This document shows, one piece after another, positions 1-8,471 of a DNA stretch of 45,510 bases; the stretch's first letter is position 1, and the number at the start of each line of letters is the position of its first letter. Below the pieces are notes generated by a model. That model searched no databases. It was given only the letters and a program-made list of their open reading frames with translations, and was not told the origin of the DNA. Both the position numbers and the translations under genes were made by a program. Location of the stretch: contig JBGQBE010000024.1 in NCBI GenBank assembly GCA_041494685.1, forward strand, positions 1 to 45,510, in the 5' to 3' direction. This DNA comes from Dehalococcoidia bacterium (lineage in GTDB: Bacteria > Chloroflexota > Dehalococcoidia > DSTF01 > JACRBR01).

Positions 1-258
1 GCGTGCTATCTGCTGACGCCGGCGGCGTGCAACGTCAGCGACCAGCAGCGCGAACAGGACGCCGCACGGGAGATGATCAGGATTGGCATGTTGCCATGAT
101 AACCCCTCGGGTGGCGGGGGGCGTCAAGCTTACGCGCCCACCAGGGGGCGTCCCAGTAGGTGTTCCATCGATGTTCCGTTGCCAGCAGGCATTGCCGCAA
201 TCTAGGCTGTGCGTGCGGGCCGCGGAACAGCGCCCCTGCCTAGAACGAGGAGGATCTC

Positions 259-696
259 GTGGCGATGAACTGCCCGCGTGACGGCGCCATCCTGCACACC
301 GAGCAGGAGCACGGCGTCGAGGTTGACCGATGCGCGACATGCATGGGCGCCTGGTACGACTACGACGAGTTGGCCGAGCTGGAGGCGACCGTCGCGGACG
401 AGGACCAGCGGCTCGGCATGATCGAATACTCCAAGCACGAGAGCCGGATCGAGTGCCCGGTGTGTGCTGAGCCGATGCACGCGTTCAACTATCGCGCTTA
501 CAACCTCGAGCTGGACGCCTGCGCCGAGGGCCACGGCTGGTGGCTCGACGCCGGCGAATCGGACCGCGTGCGTGAGATCATGCAGGAGCGGGTGCGCGGG
601 TTGCGGCGCTCGGCGTCGGCGCAGAAGGCGTGGCACGACGCGCGGCGCGGTTCGGGCGGCGTCATCGGCCAGATGAAGGGACTCTTCCGTCGGTAA
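259..696 (+). CDS. Tandem zinc-ribbon (zf-TFIIB-like) domain protein
   Basis: Two repeats, CPRD..VEVDRCATCMGAWYD and CPVC..LELDACAEGHGWWLDAGE; RBS GAGGAGG at 247-253 before the GTG. Confidence 0.85.
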   Translation: MAMNCPRDGAILHTEQEHGVEVDRCATCMGAWYDYDELAELEATVADEDQRLGMIEYSKHESRIECPVCAEPMHAFNYRAYNLELDACAEGHGWWLDAGESDRVREIMQERVRGLRRSASAQKAWHDARRGSGGVIGQMKGLFRR

Positions 697-886
697 AGTA
701 CCTGCGATCAGTCAACGCAATGGCACCTCGATGGTCTACCTGAGACCAATGGCCAAGCCTCGGGACACGCAACAGATGACCGCAGAGGGCGCTCGCCACC
801 GGGCTGACCTCCGCCCGTGGCTGGAGAGTCCTTGCGGTAGATTGAGCGGCCAACCAATCAGCGGATGCAGACACGTGAGGCGAGCA

Positions 887-955
887 ATGGCTACCAAGAC
901 CCAAGCGAAGGCGCCCACCGCGCCGACCTTCATGGATCCGGCGCTGATGCCGTGA
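887..955 (+). pseudogene. Possible 5' remnant of a gene truncated next to the IS6 remnant
   Basis: GAGG then ATG; MATKTQAKAPTAPTFMDPALMP stops about 20 nt before the truncated IS6 end. Confidence 0.3.
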
Positions 956-974
956 GCGCTTGTCTCGGAGCTCG

Positions 975-1586
975 CCTGTTCAATCCGGTTCTTCAGGTAC
1001 TGGCTCTGGCGATGCCGCACCTTCCGGCCCAAGATCCAGCGGATGGCCTTGCCGTACGCCGGATGCTGGTCGGTCGTGACGCGCAGCGGCATGCGCAGTG
1101 CGATCTCTGCCAGCCGCCGGAGGAAGCGAGCGCCGCTGCTCGATCCCGCTGGTCACTGAGCATCGAGTCGAGGAGGTTCCCCTCCCGGTCGATCGCACGG
1201 TAGAGGTAGCGCCAGCGACCACTCACCTTCACGTATGTCTCATCGAGGTACCAGGAGCGGCCGGCCTGGCCGCGGCGGTTGGCGCGCAGTTGTGCACTCA
1301 CGAGGGGCGCGAAGCGGAACTCCCAAGCCCGGATCGTCTCGTGCGTCACCTCGTAGCCCCGCTGGCCGAGAAGCTCGGCGACATCGCGGAAGCCGAGTTT
1401 GTAGCGGAGGCGCCAGAGGACGGCCAACAGGACGATGTCGGTGGGGTATTGGAGATCGTTGAAGGGCGTGCCGGTGCGTTCATTGAACCGGCGGCCGCAT
1501 GACCGACACGAGAACCTGTGGTAGCCAAGGACGGAGCGGTGCCTGCGTTCGCTCGTGGCTGTCGATCGGCAATGCGGGCAGTCGAT
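975..1586 (-). pseudogene. IS6-family DDE transposase pseudogene with N-terminal Zn-ribbon
   Basis: AGGAGG RBS followed by ATC instead of ATG; CPHC..CRSC, WYLDETYVKV..WRYLYRAID; frameshift near 1130; TTDQHPAY..YLKNRIEQ then truncated before the expected DHR motif. Confidence 0.88.
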
Positions 1587-1603
1587 GGGGTACCTCCTCG
1601 TCT

Positions 1604-3889
1604 CTAGATTGAGACAAGGTTACTACCTCTCCGAGCCCTGAGTTCTGACAGAGCCCCGTAGAGCGGTTCCGGCTTTCCCAAGAAGAAGCCCTGACCAAAA
1701 TCGACACCGATCTCACGCAGGAGCCGTGCCGTCTCTTCGTCGCCAACGTATTCGGCCACCGTCTGAAGTCCGAGCGCGCGCGCGATATCAACGATCGCGA
1801 TCACAACCTGGCGTTGTAGTTTGTGGTCCTTCATGTTCGTGATGAAGGCGCCATCGATCTTGACGTAGCTGAGCGGGAGGTGCATCAAGTTGAACAGCGA
1901 CGCGAAGCCGACGCCGAAGTCATCCAGCGCGAAGCGGCAGCCGAGCAGACGCAAGTCGTTCATGAACTTCGCCGCTCTTCCAATATCGGCGATCGACGCC
2001 GTCTCCGTGATCTCGAACACAATGCTCGACGGGTTGACGCCGGTTTCGGCGATCTGCTGGGAAATGAATGCGAGTACCTGGTCGTCACCCAGCGTCGATG
2101 CCGAGAGGTTGACGGACACGCACGTATCGAATCCGTCGCGCTGATGGCTCGCGACGACCTCGAAGGCGTGCGCAATGACCCAGCGGTCAATCTCGCGAAT
2201 CAGCCCGAATTGCTCCGCGGTCGGCAAGAACGCGCCGGGCAGGATCAGATCGCCCGAATCCTCCTGGATCCGGAGCAGCAGCTCGTGACAGTAGACCTCG
2301 CCGGTCTTGAAGGATATGACCGGTTGGGCGTAGAGGACGAACTGCTTGCGTTCGATCGCTTCGCGAATGCGCATGCGGGAGTTAAGGTGCATCTCGCCAT
2401 CCCGCCGAGCGTCGCCCTCGTCGGCCCACACCATGATCGCGTTACGGCCAGCCGCCTTCGCGTTGTACATCGCGAGACCGGCACGCGCGACGGCCTCGCG
2501 GCCCGTCCGGGCGTGTTGGGGGATCACGGCGATGCCGATGCTCGCGGTGACCGTCGCCTTCACGCCGTCAGCGCGCAGGGTATGTGAGTTAATCGACGCG
2601 CGGAGGCGGATGGCGGCAGCCTGCGCTTCCTCGGCATCGACGCCGGCGAGGAGAATCCCAAACTCGTCCCCGCCCATGCGGCCGATGGCGTCGCCGTCCC
2701 GCACATCGCGGCGTAGGGCGGCGACCAGTCCAACGAGCAGCTCATCTCCGGCTCGATGGCCGAGGGTGTCGTTTACGGCTTTGAAGTCGTCCAGGTCGAT
2801 GAACAGGACGGCGCCCTGCGAGCGTTGGCGGATCGCTCGTTTGCAGTACGCTTCGAGGTCTGCTTCGAAACGGTGGCGGCTGAACGCGCCGGTCAGCGCG
2901 TCGTGATTCGCCTCGTGGGCAAGCGACGAGAGATGCTGCTTGATCACGAAGAACTGCCGCCCGATAACGAGGCTCAGTCCGACAAACACGCCGACGCTCA
3001 GTTGCACCGTGGCGGCGCCGGCGATCAGCGCGACGACGTAGACGCCTACGAGCGGCAGTACGATCGCGTAGGGGAGGAGCGTAACGGCGTCCGGGGCTGC
3101 GGGCCGCGCTTCCGGGCGATCCGATTGCCACGTCGATGCAGCCCAGAGCAGATAGACGAGCGCGTGTCCATACTGAACCGGACTGGTCACCGTGACAGCG
3201 CCAGTTGTCGTGGTGATGAAGCTCCAGCCCAGGTCCGTGAGAATGAGCAAGCCCGCCGCAAGCGCGAGCGTCCTTCCGCGTGGGTGGAGGCGTCCGCCGG
3301 ACGCAAACAGTGCGACCTCCACGCCCGCCAGAAGTCCTATGTCCAAGATCGGATAACCAACGGCGGCGGCTCGCGCCAGCACGTCTTCGCTACTCGAAAT
3401 GATCGGCGCGATCAGGAACGCCCAGGTGAGCGTGCACGCCACGAAGATCATGAGCGTGCTATCGAACATCCACTCTCGGAGCGACGATCGCTTGTTGGCG
3501 AGCATGAGGGGCGGGATTGTGCCGAGCAGCGCAATGTATCCGGCGTAATACAGGGCATCGGCGATGCCGGGAACCGGCACGGCGCTCCGGACGACCACGG
3601 CGTAGTAGGCGTACACGCCGTTTCCGCAGAAGAACAACGCGAGGGCCATGGTGAGCAGCAGCCACCCCAGCGCTTCGAGGCCGTGAGCCGTACCCGCTTT
3701 GCGTACGATAATGACGGCCGCCACGACGAGCGGAATGTTCGACACAGCGATGCCGGGCAGATTGTGCCAGGGAGACGGAAAGAGGAATGCCGAAGCGTAG
3801 GCCAAGCTCACCAGTGGCACGCCAATGCCGAGCAGCATGCCCGCCGGCTGCGCGACACGCGCTCTGATGATCGTGATCGTGCTCGCCAT
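1604..3889 (-). CDS. Multi-TM diguanylate cyclase/phosphodiesterase (GGDEF-EAL)
   Basis: About 9-10 hydrophobic segments; HDALTG, DLDDFKAVND, RxxD I-site (RDGD) and GGDEF; EAL domain with ELL, EITET, DDFGVG, KIDG, VAEYV, GQGFFLGKP. Confidence 0.95.
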   Translation of the reverse strand: MASTITIIRARVAQPAGMLLGIGVPLVSLAYASAFLFPSPWHNLPGIAVSNIPLVVAAVIIVRKAGTAHGLEALGWLLLTMALALFFCGNGVYAYYAVVVRSAVPVPGIADALYYAGYIALLGTIPPLMLANKRSSLREWMFDSTLMIFVACTLTWAFLIAPIISSSEDVLARAAAVGYPILDIGLLAGVEVALFASGGRLHPRGRTLALAAGLLILTDLGWSFITTTTGAVTVTSPVQYGHALVYLLWAASTWQSDRPEARPAAPDAVTLLPYAIVLPLVGVYVVALIAGAATVQLSVGVFVGLSLVIGRQFFVIKQHLSSLAHEANHDALTGAFSRHRFEADLEAYCKRAIRQRSQGAVLFIDLDDFKAVNDTLGHRAGDELLVGLVAALRRDVRDGDAIGRMGGDEFGILLAGVDAEEAQAAAIRLRASINSHTLRADGVKATVTASIGIAVIPQHARTGREAVARAGLAMYNAKAAGRNAIMVWADEGDARRDGEMHLNSRMRIREAIERKQFVLYAQPVISFKTGEVYCHELLLRIQEDSGDLILPGAFLPTAEQFGLIREIDRWVIAHAFEVVASHQRDGFDTCVSVNLSASTLGDDQVLAFISQQIAETGVNPSSIVFEITETASIADIGRAAKFMNDLRLLGCRFALDDFGVGFASLFNLMHLPLSYVKIDGAFITNMKDHKLQRQVVIAIVDIARALGLQTVAEYVGDEETARLLREIGVDFGQGFFLGKPEPLYGALSELRARRGSNLVSI
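1641..1655 (-). repeat. IS6 left terminal inverted repeat
   Basis: Reverse strand reads GGCTCTGTCAGAACT, matching the typical IS6 terminus GG(C/T)TCTGT, about 55 nt upstream of the transposase start. Confidence 0.75.
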
Positions 3890-3890
3890 G

Positions 3891-4334
3891 TTATGCCGCC
3901 GAGGGCAGCTTCGCGATCACGATCCAGTACTCGCCCAGCACCTCCAGGGCGTGGAGGAACTTCTCGAACTCGACCGGCTTCTGGATATAGGTGTTCGATC
4001 CAAGGCGGTAGCTCTTGACGACATCCTCCTCGCGGTCAGAGGCCGTCAGCATGATCACCGGGATCGCCGACAGTGGCGGATTCGAGCGGATCTGCTTAAG
4101 GACCTCCATGCCGTTCACCCTGGGAAGATTGACATCGAGCAGGATGAGGTCCGGGCGCGGCGTGTCGCAGCCCCAGCCGCCCTGGTGGAACAGGAAGTCG
4201 AGTGCCTCTTGCCCGTCGCGCGTTACGTGAAGATCGTTTGCGATGCGGCTTCGCTTGAGCGCACGCTGCGTGATCAGCACGTCGTCCGGATTGTCCTCCA
4301 CAAGGAGGAGATGGACGGGTTTGTAGCTTTGCAT
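3891..4334 (-). CDS. Single-domain response regulator, Rcp1-like
   Basis: LLVEDNPDD, ILLDVNLP, MLTAS, YIQKP, C-terminal EYW. Confidence 0.93.
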   Translation of the reverse strand: MQSYKPVHLLLVEDNPDDVLITQRALKRSRIANDLHVTRDGQEALDFLFHQGGWGCDTPRPDLILLDVNLPRVNGMEVLKQIRSNPPLSAIPVIMLTASDREEDVVKSYRLGSNTYIQKPVEFEKFLHALEVLGEYWIVIAKLPSAA

Positions 4335-4350
4335 GGAATTACCTCTCTCT

Positions 4351-4788
4351 TCAGGCCGCCGGCGGCAGCATGGCGAAGATGCCCCAGTATTGCCCCAGCA
4401 CCTCGATAGCCTGCTTCAGGTTCGCGGGCTTCTGGATATACGTGTTGGCTCCGAGTCGATAGCTCTTTGCGATGTTCTCATCGCGGATGGACGTGGCGAG
4501 GATGATGACGGGCGTGGTCGCGAACGTGTGCGCCTTCCGCACGCGCTGCAACACCTCGAACCCGGAGATGCGCGGCAGGTTGAAGTCAAGGAGGATCAGG
4601 TTCGGGGGCGCATGCGTCGCGCCCGCGTGCTCGCCTTCATAGAAGAGGAAGTCCATCGCCTCCTGGCCGTCGCGCGCGACGGTGATCTCATGCCCCACCG
4701 CGCTCTGCTTCAGCGCGTGCCGCGCGATCTCCACGTCGTCGGGATTGTTTTCCACTAGGAGGATGCGCATTGCGCTAGACGGCGTCAT
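4351..4788 (-). CDS. Single-domain response regulator, Rcp1-like, atypical paralog
   Basis: LLVENNPDD, ILLDFNLP, ILATS, YIQKP, QYW; closely parallels 3891-4334. Confidence 0.9.
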   Translation of the reverse strand: MTPSSAMRILLVENNPDDVEIARHALKQSAVGHEITVARDGQEAMDFLFYEGEHAGATHAPPNLILLDFNLPRISGFEVLQRVRKAHTFATTPVIILATSIRDENIAKSYRLGANTYIQKPANLKQAIEVLGQYWGIFAMLPPAA

Positions 4789-4803
4789 GGTCTTGCTCCT
4801 TCG

Positions 4804-6984
4804 TCATGCTGCGATTCGCTCACCGGTGCTCTCGCCGGCGGCAAGCGGCAGCGTGAACAGGAATGTGGTACCGGCGCCCGGCTCGGACTCGACCCAGATA
4901 CGGCCCCCGAGCGTGTCGACGGAACGTTGGACGATCGCGAGCCCGGCGCCGGTGCCCTCGTACTCCTCGCGCCGGTGCAGGCGCTGGAAGATGCCGAAGA
5001 TGCGTCCGTGGTATTGCGGGTCGATGCCGATCCCGTTGTCCCGGACATAGAGCACGACCTGGCCGTCTTCGATACCGCGAACTCCGACGGTGACGCGGGG
5101 CGCATCGCTCTGGTTGAACTTGATCCCGTTGCCGATGAGGTTGCCGAAGATCTGCTCGATGCGCGTCGGGTCCGCGAGGACTCTCGGAATGTCGTCGGCG
5201 ACCTCGACGGATGCGTGGCGCTCAGCCAGCGTTGCGCGCATGCCTTCGACCACCGCGGAGACGATGCGGCCCACATCGGTTGGCGCAGGTGGCTCGGTGA
5301 CACGTCCGATGCGAGAGAGGGCGAGCAAGTTCTCGATGAGTTGCTTCATGCGCGCGCTCGCCTGCGCGAGCCTTGTGAGATGATCCTTCCCTTCCGCGTC
5401 GAGCTTGTCGGCGTAGTCTTCCAGCAGGAACTGGCTGAACGCTTCCACCGTGCGCAGCGGCTCCTTGAGGTCGTGGGACACGCTGTACGTGAACGCCTCC
5501 AGTTCGCCGTTGATCTTCACGAGCTCTTCCGTCCGCTGCTCGGCCACCTCCGTCCGCTCGGCGACCTGCTGCTCCAGCGTCGCGTTGAGGTCCCTGAGCG
5601 CGTTTTCGGCGCGTTTCCGCTCACTGATGTCGCGCGTGATGCCAACGAAGACACGCCGGTCGCCCAGAGCGATCTCACTGATGGCGAGATCCATCGGGAA
5701 GCGCTCGCCATCCCTGCGGCGTCCTTCCACTTCGCGCCCTATGCCGATGACCTTCTTCGGGCCTCCGCTGAGGTAGTTGTCGAGGTACTGGTCATGTTCG
5801 CCGTAGTACGGCTCGGGCATCAGCATCTTGACGTTTTGACCGATCACTTCGGATGCCGCGTAACCGAAGAGCCGCTCCGCGGCGTGGTTGAACGATTCGA
5901 CGTGCCCTTGTGCATCGATCGCGATGACGCCATCCGCGATGTTATCCACGACGGTTCGGTGCCTGGCCTCGCTCTCGCGAAGAACGTTCGCCGCCTCTTT
6001 CTGTTCCGTCACGTCTCGCGCAACTGAGTGCATCTCGCCATGTTCCGCGCTCGGGCGGCTGTTCCATAGCAACCAGTGATACGAGCCGTCTTTGGCGAGG
6101 TATCGATTCTCGAACGAGATCGCCTCGAGCCCTTGCTCTGTCTGCTTATCCGCTTCCTCAATCGTCCGCTCCAGGTCATCCGGATGGACGAAGTAGGACC
6201 ACGGCTTCGCCGTCATCTCCTCACTGGTCCAGCCGAGGGTCTCCTCCCACGCGTCGTTGACCCGCTTGAAATAGCCGTCGAATCCCCCAATACATAGCAT
6301 GTCTACGGAGAGCGAAAAGAAGCGGTTCAACTCTTCGACGGCGCGGCGCCGGCGCCTCATCTGCAGTTTGATGCTCACGAGCGCGAAGGCGACGACGGCA
6401 ACGGCGAGGAGACCGCCAACCACGACGACGTATTCCGCCCGGGTGGACACTGCCTTCGCGTTGGCGTTCCCTCGGTTGAGCAAGCCTGTCTGGTAGCTGT
6501 CCATCTGGTCGATCAGAGCGCGGATCTCATCCATGACGGCCTTGCCCTCGCCGGTCTCGACGTGGGCCCGCGCGGCCTCGAACCCGCCATCTCGCCTGAG
6601 TGCGATGGTGCCGCTTGCCAGGTCGATCCGCTGAGTCACGAGTGGCTGGAGCGCGTCGAGCCGGTCTTGCTGACTTCGGTCGCCCGCGGTGAGCTCACGC
6701 AGGCTGCTCAGTTCCAGCGGAGCTGCGGCGGCGCCGGCGGTATAGGGTTCGAGATACGCGGGGTTTCCCGTGATGACGTAGCCGCGCGTGCCCGTCTCAA
6801 CGTCTTGCAGGTCGGAGAGCATCATTCCGAGCCCCTGGAGCACCGCATTCGTGCGATCCACCTCCGACACGTTCTGACGCACCTGCCGCGCACTGAAATA
6901 CGACGCGACGCCGATGGTCGCCACGAACACGAGCGCGAGCGCGAAGGCGGCGTTGATCTTCTGTGCGAGCGAAATGTGGATCAT
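4804..6984 (-). CDS. Membrane sensor histidine kinase (CHASE3-PAS-PAS-HisKA-HATPase)
   Basis: TM, CHASE3 (ETGTRGYVITGNPAYLEPY), TM; two PAS domains; H-box SVSHDLKEPL; NLIGNGIKF, DNGIGI, GTGAGL, GTTF. Confidence 0.95.
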   Translation of the reverse strand: MIHISLAQKINAAFALALVFVATIGVASYFSARQVRQNVSEVDRTNAVLQGLGMMLSDLQDVETGTRGYVITGNPAYLEPYTAGAAAAPLELSSLRELTAGDRSQQDRLDALQPLVTQRIDLASGTIALRRDGGFEAARAHVETGEGKAVMDEIRALIDQMDSYQTGLLNRGNANAKAVSTRAEYVVVVGGLLAVAVVAFALVSIKLQMRRRRRAVEELNRFFSLSVDMLCIGGFDGYFKRVNDAWEETLGWTSEEMTAKPWSYFVHPDDLERTIEEADKQTEQGLEAISFENRYLAKDGSYHWLLWNSRPSAEHGEMHSVARDVTEQKEAANVLRESEARHRTVVDNIADGVIAIDAQGHVESFNHAAERLFGYAASEVIGQNVKMLMPEPYYGEHDQYLDNYLSGGPKKVIGIGREVEGRRRDGERFPMDLAISEIALGDRRVFVGITRDISERKRAENALRDLNATLEQQVAERTEVAEQRTEELVKINGELEAFTYSVSHDLKEPLRTVEAFSQFLLEDYADKLDAEGKDHLTRLAQASARMKQLIENLLALSRIGRVTEPPAPTDVGRIVSAVVEGMRATLAERHASVEVADDIPRVLADPTRIEQIFGNLIGNGIKFNQSDAPRVTVGVRGIEDGQVVLYVRDNGIGIDPQYHGRIFGIFQRLHRREEYEGTGAGLAIVQRSVDTLGGRIWVESEPGAGTTFLFTLPLAAGESTGERIAA

Positions 6985-7369
6985 TAACCTCTACCCTCAC
7001 CCGAGACCAGGCTTCACGCTGCGGGCGTGACCCGATGGGGTCAGCGGCATCGGCGGTGCCGCGCCACGCGTTGTGGGATCCCGCTACCGAATGATCGGCA
7101 GCGCCTCACCACGCCACGCGTCGCGCGCCCGTCGCGAGCGACACGTACGGTTCCCAGATCGATCACAGAAGTATCTCAGGCGGCCCGGGGCTTCTGCGCC
7201 TCTGCCCCGTGTGCGACGTGCGTCAGACAGGGCTGTCTGGATATCTCAATACTGTTCCAATTCAAAAATGGACCCCGCTATCGCTGTATGGTCGTAGCAT
7301 ACGCAAGCAGACGGATCGGGCGTACGCGTGCGGGCAGTGCGGCCCCGATCTTCGCTGGAAGGCACCGCG

Positions 7370-8143
7370 ATGAGTTCAACGAACAACACGACGCAATCCA
7401 CTAACGGACGGGCGCGTCCAGCTCCGACGGTCCTCATGGTCGACGACGATCCCGGCGTCCTTGGCGCGATGAGCGAGATGCTCGAGTTGGAGGGGTACGC
7501 CGTCATCGCCTGTCTCCAGAGCCGCGAAGCGATTCGATGCTTCGAGACGCTACACCCCAGCATCGTCATCTTGGACATGCGCATGCCGGAGCTGGATGGG
7601 CTCGCCACATGCCGCATCCTCCGTGCGAAGTCGGACGTGCCGATCCTGATGCTCACCGCGTTGGACGACCAGTGGGACGCGGCCCACGCGCTGGAATCGG
7701 GCGCTGACGATTACATCCGCAAGCCGGTGGGAGCGGGCGAATTCGTCGCGCGCGTCCGCGCGGCGCTCCGCCGCCCCGCTCTGGTCGGCGCTGAGGTCAC
7801 GAACCCGATCACGATCGGCCACATCGTGATCGACGTCCTCGAACACGAGGTGCAGGCCAAGGGCCGGGCCGTCGAGCTGTCGCCGATCGAGTTCAGGCTG
7901 CTGACGCACCTGGCGATGAATCAGAACCATGTCCTGACCCACGACGATACCCTTACGACGGTCTGGGGCGCGGGCTACTCGGGCTCGCGGCACGTGCTGC
8001 GCGTGACGATGAGCCGTCTGCGCCAGAAGCTCGTCCTGATGGATTCCGGCAGCGTCAGCATCCAGACGGTGGAAGGTGTAGGGTACCGGCTCATGGTCCA
8101 GGAGGCGGCTGCAGGACCGACCTCAGCGCATCACGAAGCGTAG
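7370..8143 (+). CDS. OmpR/PhoB-family response regulator
   Basis: VDDD, ILDMRMP, GADDYIRKP; wHTH LSPIEFRLL..LRVTMSRLRQKL..IQTVEGVGY; start placed at ATG 7370. Confidence 0.93.
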   Translation: MSSTNNTTQSTNGRARPAPTVLMVDDDPGVLGAMSEMLELEGYAVIACLQSREAIRCFETLHPSIVILDMRMPELDGLATCRILRAKSDVPILMLTALDDQWDAAHALESGADDYIRKPVGAGEFVARVRAALRRPALVGAEVTNPITIGHIVIDVLEHEVQAKGRAVELSPIEFRLLTHLAMNQNHVLTHDDTLTTVWGAGYSGSRHVLRVTMSRLRQKLVLMDSGSVSIQTVEGVGYRLMVQEAAAGPTSAHHEA

Positions 8144-8471
8144 TCGCGGCAACGGGCTTGGCCAGCGACAGCGCGACGGCGGCGCGTTGGGCGCGCTCCG
8201 TGCCGCCGTCCGGCAGGTGCGCGCTGAAGAGCACCACTTTGCAGCCGGCGAGGAGATCCTGCACCGATGCCAGCAACTCCCATCCGGAAAGATCCGGCAG
8301 CGCTAGGTCCAGCACCATGACATCGAAGGGCCCCTCCACGCGGAGGCATTCGCGGGCAGCTGCGGCTGTACCCGCGAGAACGACGATGCCGCCTTCGAGT
8401 TCAATCACTGTGCGGACAAAATCGGCGACGGAGGGCTCGTCATCGACGACGAGAAATCTCTTGTGTTTCAA
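8091..8471 (-). CDS. Single-domain CheY-like receiver
   Basis: LVVDDE, VLDLALP, LFSA, LAKP; TTG start overlaps the stop of the upstream kinase. Confidence 0.85.
   Translation of the reverse strand: MKHKRFLVVDDEPSVADFVRTVIELEGGIVVLAGTAAAARECLRVEGPFDVMVLDLALPDLSGWELLASVQDLLAGCKVVLFSAHLPDGGTERAQRAAVALSLAKPVAATTLRDALRSVLQPPPGP

Larger units (their letters stand above)
975..1655 (-). mobile_element. IS6-family insertion sequence remnant, right end missing
   Basis: Left terminal IR GGCTCTGTCAGAACT plus a degraded transposase; no matching right IR seen. Confidence 0.85.

Noticed and set aside
1..250. Short ORFs at the left edge
   Set aside because: No recognisable motifs or consistent reading frame; cannot be supported
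4804..6984. Bacteriophytochrome
   Set aside because: The H-box and partner receivers are Cph1/Rcp1-like, but there is no PAS-GAF-PHY module
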